A stretch of DNA of 64,000 bases. Origin: Phoronis australis (Eukaryota; Animalia; Phoronida). Positions 1-11,990 of the stretch are shown piece after piece; position 1 is the stretch's first letter, and every line of letters starts with the position of its first letter. The notes under the pieces are model-generated. The model did no database searches, was not told the origin of the DNA, and saw only the letters and a program-made list of their open reading frames with translations. The stretch is from assembly GCA_002633005.1 (NCBI GenBank), contig NMRA01000150.1, forward strand, positions 444,945-508,944. The letters are read 5' to 3'. The translations under genes and the position numbers were made by a program.

Positions 1-748
1 CAATAACATGATCAGATTTCATTTGTTATAATTCAAAATGAAGTATAGAAAACACTATTACAGTTCTGTAATTCATCATTTTGTTTTTGTTTAGTTCAAC
101 TTCTGAAGTTATTGAAAAAATCTCATATTTCTGATATCCCCTAATGCAAAATTTGAACATTTTAAAAAACAATTATTCACATTGTAGTGAAGGGTCTGTT
201 GAAATCCTCTGTTTCAATGAAATTTTGTACAAAAAGATTGCTCTTGAATTGCTGAATAAACCGTAAATGGGGAAATCAAACTATTCAGCTATCAGGTGGT
301 TGAAACACCTGGCATTATTCAAATACCTGTCATTCTATCTTGTTTGTCATCAGATGAAACCATTTTTCAGCTTGAGGAACTGATGAGTGAAGAAGAGTTC
401 ATTTTCCTTTCAGGGTTTCCATGGTTTGTATCGAGGGTTCATGAGTACTGTAATGAGAGACGTGCCATTCTCAGTATTAGAGCTCCCTCTATGGGAATAT
501 CTCAAGGTGAGATTCACAGACTAACAGTTGTTATAGATTGTTATGTAGCATTTGATCTACTGAAGTGAGGACGGAAAACATTTGAACTTCATGTTTCAGC
601 ATCTTAGTATAAATTTTGAAAATATAAAGGTTGGTTTTCTGACATTCACATTTTCTTAAATAGTGCATAGTATTTTTTACTATCTTACAAGTTAGTTTAG
701 AAACTGGTGAGTGGTTGATTGGCTAGCTGTGCATTCCCTGTTTTGTAG

Positions 749-3700
749 ACAGTGTGGGGAAGGATTCAGGGTCAAAAGGTCACAGCTACACAGTCTGGAA
801 TATGTGGTGCCCTAGCTGGTAAGAATTCTTTATTCAAAAGAATGTTTGAGTGGAAACATAACACACTGCCTGTTTGTATAGGTAGAGCAAGGCAGCCATC
901 AGTTGTTGTGTGGAACTGGACATTTTGTACCATGCAAGCTGGTGGCCTCAGAGGCCCTAACTGGGTATTTTGTATCATGCAAGCTGGTGGGCTCAGAGGC
1001 CCTGACTGGGTGTTTTGTATCATGCAAGCTGGTGGACTCAGAGGCCCTAACTGGGCGTTTTGTACCATGCAAGCTGGTGGGCTGTGAGAGGCCCTAACTG
1101 GGTGTTTTTTACCATGCAAGCTGGTGGGCTCAAAGGCCCAACTGAGTGTTTTATACCATGCAACCTGGTGGACTCAGAGGCTCTAACTGGGTGTTTTGTA
1201 CCATGCAAGCTGGTGGGCTGAGAGGCCCTGATTGGGTGTTTTTTACCATGCAAGCTGGTGGACTCAGAGACCCTAACTGGGTGTTTTGTACCATGTAAGC
1301 TGGTGGACTCGGAGGGCCTAACTTTGAAGCTGATTTTGATGAAACAGGTAGACATGCCAAAACACTTGTATTCTTGTACTCTTGTGTCCTTCGTCTAAGT
1401 ATGTTGGTAATAGTGCTGTGTATACCTATTTGTCAGTATTTTGGACATGATTTAGCAAGGCATGTGCTTTTAAGGTTATTTGTAGTAGAACATCCAATCT
1501 CTTTCTATGGACAATGCACCATGTTTCTGTATATCTTTCAACAGTAGCTTTGTCTCGGGTAAATTGCCCACTTAAAGAATAGTTTTGTTGACAATTTTTG
1601 TTCTCGTCTAAGAGCTACAGTAAAATGTCAACAATTTTGAACAATAATAATTTCCAAACTTGACCTTTTCTCATTTTCAAAATGCGCGTAACATGAATAC
1701 CCACACTTTCCAAAAACATTGTCCGGTAACAGTAACTATGTCATACTTGTCAAAACTGACCAATCCTTTTTATTTTGTTACTTAAATGAAAAGATGTATA
1801 AATGTAATCATCGTAACCCCAACCTTAAATGTATTACTGTTGTCCAAGACCTCCATCACCAGATCTGTGATGAGGACTTCAATATATTAAGTCTACACCT
1901 GGAGAAGTGGAAGTGCAGGATATGAGAAGCTATTGAGATCCAAGCCCATAGACCTGGTCTGAACAGAGATCCGGGACTTAATCTACCTGCAGTGTATTCA
2001 GATCTGTTACAGTATTCCCCCCGACATTTGTAAATCCTCAGTTTTGTTTTTATTGTTTTCTACTACGTCAGAGGGCATACGCAGTGGTGAATCAAGTCCA
2101 TGAGATGTGGATGAAACGGCTGTACACTGCCCACATCAAGGTACGGTTTCTGTGGTTCCAAAATGGATCTTTACTCAATATTTTCATAAATTCACTTGTT
2201 CTCCATATTTTGGCCTAAATTGGTGAGATTTTACCTTTTGTATTGTTTCAGGAGCAAGTGCTGCTGCTTTGACTACTCCACTAGATGTTGCTAAAACTCG
2301 TATCATGTTAGCTCAGGTACAAGTGAAGGTTTTTATTACTAACTGGTACAAGTGAAGGTTTTTATTAATAACTGCATGTGTGTGCACCTGTATGTTCCCC
2401 ACTCATCCGAGATCTATGTCCATGTTCTTGTGTCCCCTGATGGCTGTTCCCCACTCATCCGAGATCTATGTCCATGTTCTCATGTCCCCTGATGGCTGTT
2501 CCCCACTCATCCGAGATCTATGTCCATGTTCTCATGTCCCCTGATGGTTGTACCCCACTCATCCGAGATCTATGTCCATGTTCTCATGTCCCCTGATGGT
2601 TGTACCCCACTCATCCGAGATCTATGTCCATGTTCTTCTGTCACCTGATGGCTGTTCCCCACTCATCCGAGATCTATGTCCATGTTCTCATGTCCCCTGA
2701 TGGCTGTTCCCCACTCATCCGAGATCTATGTCCATGTTCTCATGTCCCCTGATGGTTGTACCCCACTCATCCGAGATCTATGTCCATGTTCTCATGTCCC
2801 CTGATGGTTGTACCCCACTCATTCGAGATCTGTGTCCATGTTCTTCTGTCACCTGATGGCTGTTCCCCACTCATCCGAGATCTATGTCCATGTTCTCATG
2901 TCCCCTGATGGCTGTTCCCCACTCATCCGAGATCTATGTCCATGTTCTTGTGTCCCCTGATGGCTGTACCCCACTCATCCGAGATCTATGTCCATGTTCT
3001 TCTGCCACCTGGTGGCTGTTTTATTTACTGTGATAACATTAAGTAATGGCCTTCCTTAGTGGTTCACTGTTTGCTTGTCATCAATGTCATCACTTGTCAA
3101 TACTCAGTGCTGCCCTCATTTTGATTAAAAAATAACATAAAACTACTAAAAACAGTAAGTGAATCATTAGGAAACTGGGCTTGTCAGTGGTATAGTTGGA
3201 TAATGCTCCTCCATGTCAACAGGTGGCATTGTCCACCCTTGATATCTCAAAAGTTGATCTAAGCTACTTTGGTGTGTTACAGAGCAATTATCGCATTAAC
3301 AATGCACACAGGGCAACAAAATGATGGTGGAAATAAAACAAATTGTCAACTATTTTAACATGTTTGACTTCTGAAATTGAATTCCTCATGAAAAGTTAAT
3401 GGAGAATAGTTTTTTCACTGAAGAAATACAATAAAAAGAAGAAAAACGATGCGATGGGTTTTTATATCTTGACAACAGTTTTGAGTTGATGTGTGTTTAC
3501 CTTAATGTATTCATTCAGCATGGTAGATAATTGGCATTTGCCTCGTGACATCCGGCAAAAGAACAAGCCTGGCACTTGACAAAAGAAAGATTAATATCAG
3601 GCCTCTAAAAACCAGTGTCATCTTGAATACAGACTAATGTTGTAATTCACCTGTTTTTAGCACCGTGAGAGCATGGACATACCGGTAGTTTGTACATCTA

Positions 3701-6480
3701 TGTGTCCAATAAGTAAGTGTCCAGTGTGTATGCGTCCAGTGAGTATGCGTAAAGTGAGTATGCGTACAGTGAGTATTCGTACAGTGAGTATGCGTACAAT
3801 ATGTTTACAGTGAGTATGCGTCCAGTGAGTATGTATGTGTACAGTTAGTATGTTTACAGTTAGTATGTGTACAGTCAGTAAGTATGTGTACAGCCAGTAT
3901 GTGCACAGTGAGTATGTGTACAGTGAGTATGTGTACAGTGAGTATGTGTGCAGCACGCATGTGTCCAGTAAGTATGTGTACAGTAAGTATGTGTACAGTG
4001 AGTATATGTATAGTATGTATGTGTACAGTGAGTATGCATACAGTGAGTATGTGTCCAGTAAGTATGCGTACAGTATGTGTACACTAAGTATGTGTCCAGT
4101 AAATATGTGTCCAGTAAAAAATACCTAACAATTTGTTTTACCAATTTTTGTTGTAAAGTAAGAGAACACTGTTTCGTGAAAATTTGTTTGTCAGAATACA
4201 AAGTCACAAAATTGTGATTTAAGTAGTGCAGATTCATTAGCACTATCTGGTGACACAGACGATGCAGGACCAGTTTTTCAGAATTAATCAGTCAGCTTGA
4301 TGAGTTTCACAACTACATGTTGCTTGAAAATGAGCGTTCACTGGGTACTACTAGTACATAAAGGAACCTAGCCATGGAAATGAAAGCAATCACTTGGGAA
4401 TTTTCCCATTAATGCCCTCTTTTTGATGAAGTGGTTTCTGTCCTCAGTCTATGTATATCTTAACAAGAGGCACCTTTAACCATTGGCATTACCTAGTGAA
4501 TATCTAGGCTGTCATTGGCAATCTACTGAACTCTAACACTTGAGTAAGTGTGACTAAAACATGACTGTCTGTGTTTGTAGCCTGGCTCCAGTGTAGCTGA
4601 AGGCAGTATATACTATTCAATGAAAGTTGTTTACTTGGACAAAGGAATTCATGGGTAAGTTAAACGGTGCATACTGCTAAACATTTCTCTTTATAGTGTT
4701 CATGGTCACATTTGCCTCTACTTTTAGTTACAAAGTGAGAGCGATCTGCTATCTAGGGGTACATATAACTTTAAATACAATAATACAATTCTAGTATTCA
4801 AGGCCATAATCCATAAGTGCAACAGTAATAATGATAATAATAGTAATGATATTAATACGCTGGTTGATGTACAATCATTTCTTTATGCATTGACCATTGC
4901 CAATATTTTTTCTGTATAAATCTATCATTAGTATGCTGAACAGACCTGTACAAAATGATATCAATAGTTGTTTGGACAAAAAGCCCCACACAACCAGAAT
5001 AAGCAATATTATTATACCCAACATAAGTCATGAGTTGCACTTTGAACTTTTGTCAAAGACTATGAATTTCAATCTGTCGTCATACCAGACAGTTATATTC
5101 TCCATTTTAGGTATGACCATGTTGACAAGTGTATACATGTTAAGGCTTTGTATGACCTTGTTGACAAGTGTGTACATATTAAGGCTTCACCTCAGCTACG
5201 TAGTATATTCATTCTTCCTTTTGTGCATTCCTTTTATTTGATGAACTTGTATAATATTTGGAACGTGACTCACTTCACTCTACAAGTGTTCGGTCAAGTA
5301 ACTGGGCAACAGTCCTTACTGTAAACAAAATTTATGTTGACAAAAATAGTCAGTGATGTTCGGTCGAACTCTCTGTACCTTTGATGCTCATTCGCATTGC
5401 AACAATTAAGCAGACGAAGTTGTGACATCAACAAATTTTTTCTTCTAGTGTTTATCATATATATTTCTTAAATTCCATTTTGCAAATCCTATTATTTCTT
5501 TAAGTGATTTAACACTTAAAAATAGTTGTATTTGTGATATGTGTATGTGGGCAGCAGGCCTACCTACTGGAATAAACTGATATAATGCCGGTCATTGCTT
5601 CTTTAAGGTTGTTTGTGGGCGGCAGGCCTACCTACTGGAATAAACTGATATAATGCCGGTCATTGCTTCTTTAAGGTTGTTTGTGGGCGGCAGGCCTACC
5701 TACTGGAATAAACTGATATAATGCCGGTCATTGCTTCTTTAAGGTTGTTTGTGGGCGGCAGGCCTACCTACTGGAATAAACTGATATAATGCCGGTCATT
5801 GCTTCTTTAAGGTTGTTTGTGGGCGGCAGGCCTACCTACTGGAATAAACTGATATAATGCCGGTCATTGCTTCTTTAAGGTTGTTTGTGGGCGGCAGGCC
5901 TACCTACTGGAATAAACTGATATAATGCCGGTCATTGCTTCTTTAAGGTTGTTTGTGGGCGACAGGCCTACCTACTGGAATAAACTGATATAATGCCGGT
6001 CATTGCTTCTTTAAGGTTGTTTGTGGGCGACAGGCCTACCTACTGGAATAAACTGATATAATGCCGGTCATTGCTTCTTTAAGGTTGTTTGTGGGCGGCA
6101 GGCCTACCTACTGGAATAAACTGATATAATGCCGGTCATTGCTTCTTTAAGGTTGTTTGTGGGCCACAGGCCTACCTACTGGAATAAACTGATATAATGC
6201 CGGTCATTGCTTCTTTAAGGTTGTTTGTGGGCGGCAGGCCTACCTACTGGAATAAACTGATATAATGCCGGTCATTGTTTCTTTAAGATTGTTTGTGGCC
6301 GACAAGCCTACCCTACTGAAATAAACTGATATAATGTCGTACATTGTTTCTTTAAGGTTGTTTGCTGGCGTTGTACCTCGAGTTTTGTGGATCTCCATTG
6401 GAGGATTTGTCTTCTTGGGCATCTACGAGAAAATTAAAGATTTAATGATGGGGGTGTCTTCAAACAGAGGTACCAGATGA
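749..6480 (+). CDS. SLC25A26: Mitochondrial S-adenosylmethionine carrier, last 4 coding exons (749-818, 2252-2316, 4581-4654, 6357-6480); 5' exons lie upstream of the window
   Basis: All junctions are GT-AG and phase-consistent (1,0,2). Spliced translation TVWGRIQGQKVTATQSGICGALAGASAAALTTPLDVAKTRIMLAQPGSSVAEGSIYYSMKVVYLDKGIHGLFAGVVPRVLWISIGGFVFLGIYEKIKDLMMGVSSNRGTR*. It contains the carrier signature PLDVAKTR and closely follows the SAMC C-terminus as recalled (TTPLDVAKTRIMLA...GLFAG..PR...IS.GGF.FLG.Y). Confidence 0.93.
920..1322. repeat. Minisatellite, 45-46 bp unit, about 9 copies (intronic)
   Basis: Unit taccatgcaagctggtgg(g/a)ctcagaggccctaactgggtgttttg; it explains the overlapping repetitive ORFs at 752-1360. 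Confidence 0.95.
1845..2135 (+). mobile_element. Penelope-like retroelement 3' fragment (GIY-YIG endonuclease tail plus hammerhead-like pLTR segment)
   Basis: Translation HHQICDEDFNILSLHLEKWKCRI*EAIEIQAHRPGLNRDPGLNLPAVYSDLL matches the PLE GIY-YIG C-terminal pattern (IL..E..W..R..EAI.I....P.LNRD.G..LP..Y); there is an in-frame stop. Confidence 0.8.
2081..2130 (+). ncRNA. Putative variant type I hammerhead ribozyme
   Basis: Helix I GCAGTG/CACTGC, core GTGA-AT-CA-A, helix II GTCCA/TGGAT, GAAA, minimal helix III C-GGCT-G, cleavage triplet GTA; directly downstream of a Penelope-like ORF end. Confidence 0.5.
2397..3020. repeat. Minisatellite, 52 bp unit, about 12 copies (intronic)
   Basis: Unit ccccactcatccgagatctatgtccatgttctcatgtcccctgatggctgtt. 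Confidence 0.96.
3700..4117. repeat. Minisatellite, about 15 bp unit
   Basis: Degenerate cagtgagtatgtgta units; source of the spurious ORFs at 3657-4243. Confidence 0.93.
5547..6364 (+). repeat. 68-bp tandem array (about 12 copies) duplicating the SLC25A26 last-exon acceptor
   Basis: Unit gtgggcggcaggcctacctactggaataaactgatataatgccggtcattgcttctttaag|gttgttt; the last copy runs into the true acceptor at 6356/6357. Confidence 0.95.
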
Positions 6481-7662
6481 TTACGGAGTATATGTAGTCA
6501 TTTGCATTTTATGCCAAGTTTAAATTCGCAGAAATACAGTACCCCCTGGAAGAAGCTGACGCCTCTTATTTGGGAGTCTTTTGTCAATTACACCCTGTTG
6601 TTAGACTGGTCGACTTTAAGCTCCTCAGCGTCTTATACGAAGCACAATTCAACAGATAAAATATATACCGTGTCTGAGGCAACTGTTCAGATCAGCTGCA
6701 GTTGCGTAATGTTTGGTTCTGCAGGGAGGAAAACTACTCTTCTTTAAGTTTACTGAGGGGAGACAACTGCCTCATTTTGTGAGAGGCTGTACTTCTTGCT
6801 GAGATCCATTTTGTATAGACTGCGTATCATTGTCCTGGGCTTCCCTCTTATGATTGAGAAGAGTTTTGTTCTTAATCATGTGTCTAATTGACATCCCCTT
6901 TAATGATTGAGAAGTTTTGTTCTTTATCATGTGTTTAGGTGACAAAGAGTGCTGGTACTTTTATTTGTTAATTCACAAGTCCTCATTTGTTTTGTCTTTT
7001 TGTGGTAATTCGCCAAGGCAACTTTATATTGCGAGGTTTGTTTTAAAACTTTTTCTTGAGATTTTCTACATTCCTAGTTTTTTAATGTGATGCAATATAA
7101 TTGATATTAAAGTGGGTGCAATACCTATACTGCAAGGTAGGCCCATGTGCTGTGCATGCAACTGTGCAAGCCTGTCTGCGTAAAACTGAAGTAAAACCAA
7201 GCAGCACATTATAGTTCATTTGAGTGGAAATCAACATTTCAGTCTTAAATGGGAGATGTTGGCATGTTTCCAGTTTAAAATTGACTAGGTCATTGAAAAA
7301 GACCACGGATAGCAACAAATGCACTCAAGAACATGTGATACATAAAGTTAACACACCAACACCTGGTTGTAGGAAACACTCTCAATAGGGGGAGCAACTG
7401 TGCCTTGTATTCTCAGTGCATTTGAAGACTGTTTGCTCACTGATGTTGTTTTGCGAGTTCCTCTTTTACTTGTTACGTTTTCTATTAATACACCTGAAAA
7501 GTGTGCTATTGTTTCAATTAGGGATATTGCTTATTATTATTATTCAATTAGGAATAGTGCTTATTTTGAATAATGTTAAGAATTCAACATAGTTTTAGTG
7601 TCACTGTTTGTCAAAGCTGACGAAGCAGTGAAGATAAAATAGCATAAGGAAGGATAATCAGT

Positions 7663-7765
7663 GTTTGCACAAAGTTCAAAAATGCACTGAATATTCAGTG
7701 CACAAAGTTCACAAATGCACTGAATATTCAGTGCACAAAGTTCACAAATGCACTGAATATTCAGG
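7663..7765. repeat. Tandem repeat, 30 bp, about 3 copies
   Basis: gcacaaagttcacaaatgcactgaatattca-type unit. Confidence 0.85.
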
Positions 7766-8686
7766 GAACACAGTTGACTTGTTAGTGACACTATTTCATG
7801 AGGTACTAAGCAAGTCTTGCTAACAAGGTTTTTGAATGCATTATTTAGAATATTGAACTGTTACTTAGTGTATACTTATGGTGCAGCAGATAATCTTACC
7901 ATTTTCACCTGTTTTACCTGTTATTGTTATCATAGCATTTATTTTCAGTGAGAAACGGTTATGGAGGAGTGTGAGATAGTTTGAGGTAAATTTGTTCAAA
8001 CAACATTTACCAGACTTTATTTGCTGTAAATGTCATTTTTGCTTGATGTTTCAAAGGTGCTACATAGTGACATTCTTTTTGGATTTTTTTTTTAAATTTG
8101 CAACAATTACCGTTTTAACATTGTTATTGACTTCATAACTGTCATTTCTGACAATATCACACTCCTGCATAGATCTCTCCTGTGTACCTAGGTAGTACAC
8201 CAGCACCCCTAACAATGGCTCTGGTGCATTTTCTTTTTTATTGACCTATACATTCTGTATTGTTACGGATATTGTTTGTTTTTTTGTTGTAAATCGGGAC
8301 AAATATTAGTGGTTCCAAACTGTGAACAGTGTGTATCTCTATGCCAGTCATGCAATGTAAGTACTATATTACTAGACTACTTCCTGATGTATGGCACTGC
8401 GTGGGAATAATATGCTATACATTGCACTTGACATAAAGTTGAACAAATGCACTTTAAGAAAGCAAGTGTGTTTTATAAGTCTCACCTAACCTTTTAAAAA
8501 TAAACTTTCAACCCAGCCCTTGTTTGGCTCAAAACACAACCAATTTTTTAGGTTTTTCTAATTTAACACCCAAGTATCAGCACAGGCGGATGCTAAATAT
8601 AAAACTGGATCAAAACCACAGTAAAATACAAATTTCGGACCAAAACTGTGCTCAATTCATTGTTCAAAGGCTACTAGTATTGTGAC

Positions 8687-9038
8687 TGAACACTGTAGGA
8701 ATGAGCACAGTTCCTCAAAACACTGTCCAGTATTAGGAATGAACAAAGTTCCTCAAAACACCATACAGTATTAGGAATGACCACAGTTCCTCAAAACACC
8801 ATACAGTATTAGGAAGGAACACAGTACCTCAAAACACCATACAATATTAGGAATGAACACAGTTCCTCAAAACACTGTCCAGTACTAGGAATGAGCAGAG
8901 TTCCTCAAGACACCATACAGTATTAGGAATGAACACAGTTCCTCAAAACACCATACAGCATTAGGAATGAACACAGTTCCTCAAAACCCTGTCCAGTATT
9001 AGGAATGAACAAAGTTCCTCAAATCACTTTCCAGTATT
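8687..9038. repeat. Minisatellite, 38 bp unit, about 9 copies
   Basis: Unit cagtattaggaatgaacacagttcctcaaaacaccata. Confidence 0.93.
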
Positions 9039-9643
9039 GTGGCATACAAATGAAAACTGAATACCGGTAGCCTTTATTTTGTGCTACTTTTATGAAAACA
9101 TAAAATTTCACTTGTCCGCTATATCGTTCTTTAAATTAATGAGACTACAGTATTGTCAATCAAGCATGGCACACTATTGTCAATCAAGCATGACAGTTTT
9201 TAGCAGTTCTGGTAAGAATGCACGTTTTGAACCAGGAAAACCAATGAAATTGTAGACAACGATTTATTTTAGTCAATTAAAGTATATCACAGACATCTTA
9301 ACTTAACACAATAAAATATATAACTAAACAGTCAAGTATTTTGTAAGGGTTAGAAATAACTGCACAAGACAATGTTAGTGCAATCAAAACAAAAATCAAT
9401 TTTGTCTAGGGCTATGATGATCCCTACAATAGATTATACACATCTGAATATACGCAATCATTCACTCTAATAATTCAAAAATAACCTTAAGTTATACCCC
9501 ATTATGGTAGATGTTACAATTCTACTTATACACAACTGAATATGCACAATCATTCACTTTAATAATTCAAAAATAACCTTCAAGTTATACCCCATTATGG
9601 TAGATGTTACAATTCCACTTACTCTGTGTGTAAGCCTGATTGT

Positions 9644-11673
9644 TTAGTTGCTTAACATAGGCAACAGGTACAATCCAATGTACAGACCTACACCCACGAA
9701 CACCAACAACATGAAGCCGATACCGACCCCCAGCGCCCAGTGTGAGAGGGTACGTGCCTTCTCGCCACTTTCTATTGCTCTGGTCATATTTCCCATTGTG
9801 TACTCTCGCTGGCTCTCCAAAGCCTTGATGATGGCGAAAGCTCCAATTGGCCAACAGCAGCAGAAGGTAACAAAGATGGCGTAAGCCAAGTTATTTGGTG
9901 GCGGTGGTGATACCGGACCAGCTACGTATACCACATGGGATGAAGACGGCTGCTGCATGTGCACATAGGGTTCACCAGCCCCTGTGGTTAGGGGGTAACT
10001 GGGTGGTGGGCCATTAGTCTTGTTGTCAAGTGGATAGTCTACACAAGAACAAAAAAGTAAATAAATTGAGAGCACAGTAATATGGTCCAGCAACACTCAC
10101 ATTGCTGCAAGTAACTTTTTAGCATACCTTTGGAGCTTGTCTATGTCTTGAAATCCTTCCAACTCGGACAAATACTTTCATTGGTAATTAAGATTTCTTT
10201 CCAATACGGTAGGTTAATCTTGTAAGTAAATGTACAGTGGTTTGCTGAATAAGACTAGTCTTAAAATATCTTTGTTTACCCAAACCTGACCGTACTTTTA
10301 AAAGGATACCAAACCCGGTTTTGGAGTATTAACAGATACTAAAAACGACACTCCCATCCAGTTCTCTGAAACAACGTAATGCTCTGTAGCCCTCAACAAC
10401 CCTCAAAAGTTTGGAGGAAAATCTGAAACCTCCTTTCAAAGGCTGCTAAATGGACAAGCGTGACATACGCTTTTAGTGAATTACATGGCAACTGTGGGAA
10501 AATACCACTCACTATAATGTCTTATCTGTGGCATAGGGAGTATGAGTTTTTAGTCGATTTTTGCCTTTGACTTGGAAGATTGATGACAATGATGCATTAG
10601 CATATGATAGAACGAGGATTGGTGGAAATTATCAAAACAAGGTTTAGTATCCGTTTAACATCTAGGAAGGTAGGTAAGTAATTTCTTCATACTTCATAAA
10701 TTCTGAGCTTTTTGAACTTTTGTTTTTTTTCACTTTTGGAAGAAGTTGCTTCAATCGCCATGATTAAGGTGAATCACAAAGTCTTATCACCTTTTGGGAC
10801 AGCTCTATCTGGTGGTAATTGGGGAACCACAAGATTTGAGTAGTTGTTGTTTTGTACTCACTGATTGGTTCTTCTTGGAGTTGCATCTATTATTTTTCAA
10901 CCAATGAGCGACGTACTTTTAAACTTCTTTGAAAGCTTAACTGGATAAACACTTAGCAATTTTGTAGCTGTGTGAAGGATTTTTGTCATTTTTTGTGACA
11001 GACAATGAACCAAGTTGCCGGAAAGGATTAGTTCTCCATCATCAATTGAGTAAAAAATGGTTACAGCAATTTTACATAGCTATAAATAAAAAGTCAAGTA
11101 ATTTCGTGAATAAAAATTTTTAAGTCAGCCAGTTTTTCGCGGGTCAGTCGAGTTCGGGGAGTCAAACTCTAATTTTATTTAGGCCTTAGGAGGTTTATAT
11201 TACAAATACATCTATAACTTACAACTTACCTGGGTGTACCTGGTTTACTTTGTAATGAGGTACGTTACTTCTCCAACTAACAACTTTCAGGAGCACACCT
11301 GGTTTACTTTGTAATGAGGTACATTAATTACTTCTCCAACTAACAGCTTTCAGGAGCACACCTGGTTTACTTTGTAATGAGGTACATTACTTCTCCAACT
11401 AACAACTTTCAGGAGCACACCTGGTTTACTTTGTAATGAGGTACATTACTTTTCCAGCTAACAACTTTCAGGAGCACACCTGGCTTACTGTGCAAGGAGG
11501 TATACATTACAAGTACATCTATAACTTACAAATTACCTGAGTGCACCTGGTTTACTTTGTAATGAGGTATACATTACAAGTACATCTATAACTAACAACT
11601 TACCTGAGTACATCTGGTTTGTTGCGTAAGGAGGCGGATTCTCAAACTGTTGTGCTTCTGCTTGCTTTGACAT
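9644..11673 (-). CDS. CD225/dispanin family proline-rich transmembrane protein (PRRT1-like); coding exons 11673-11604 and 10038-9644; 154 aa
   Basis: MSKQAEAQQFENPPPYATNQMYS|DYPLDNKTNGPPPSYP...PPPPNNLAYAIFVTFCCCWPIGAFAIIKALESQREYTMGNMTRAIESGEKARTLSHWALGVGIGFMLLVFVGVGLYIGLYLL. CD225 hallmark CCCWPIG..AI.......G....A.......A followed by a C-terminal TM segment; phase-1 GT-AG intron. A possible 5' UTR exon donor lies at 13712. Confidence 0.88.
10298..10658. mobile_element. Kolobok-like non-autonomous DNA transposon, family A, copy 1
   Basis: TTAA|AAGGATACCAAACC ... GGTTTAGTATCCGT|TTAA terminal inverted repeats; interior homologous (inverted) to 16358-16709 and 50017-50449. Confidence 0.75.
11205..11625 (-). 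repeat. Tandem array (53-67 bp units, about 7 copies) duplicating the CD225-gene exon end and 5' splice donor
   Basis: Copies of cctcattacaaagtaaaccaggtgcactcag|gtaa on the minus strand; intact donors at 11603 (true), 11536 and 11229. Confidence 0.85.
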
Positions 11674-11714
11674 TACTCAACACTGAAGAAAAACTTGCTT
11701 ATCAATTACTTTGT

Positions 11715-11990
11715 CAACACATCACAACATATTCAACTAGACATTATGTGTACTGACAACACATCGCAACATATAGGACCAGAAATTATGTATATTGACA
11801 ACAACAAATAGACAATATGTGTATTGACAAGCATCAGAACATATAGGACCATTATGCATATTGACAAGGAATCACAACATATAGGACTAGACATTGTGTG
11901 TATTGACAACACATCACAATATATAGGACTAGACATTATGTGTACTGACAACACATCACAATATATAGGACTAGACATTGTGTGTATTGA
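11715..11990. repeat. Minisatellite, about 42 bp unit
   Basis: gacaacacatcacaatatataggactagacattatgtgtact-type units just upstream of the exon acceptor. Confidence 0.8.

Noticed and set aside
920-3020. Regular repeat arrays as CRISPR
   Set aside because: Units are contiguous with no unique spacers, there are no cas genes, and the context is eukaryotic intron; these are minisatellites.
3176-3232. tRNA-like start (gggcttgtcagtggtatagttggataatgc)
   Set aside because: Only a D-arm/A-box-like half, with no T-arm or acceptor stem; possibly a SINE head fragment.
3657-4243. His/Thr/Tyr-rich repetitive ORFs (also 752-1360, 19481-19815, 39959-40320, 44677-44994)
   Set aside because: They are translations of tandem repeats open in several frames and strands, without splice or start context.
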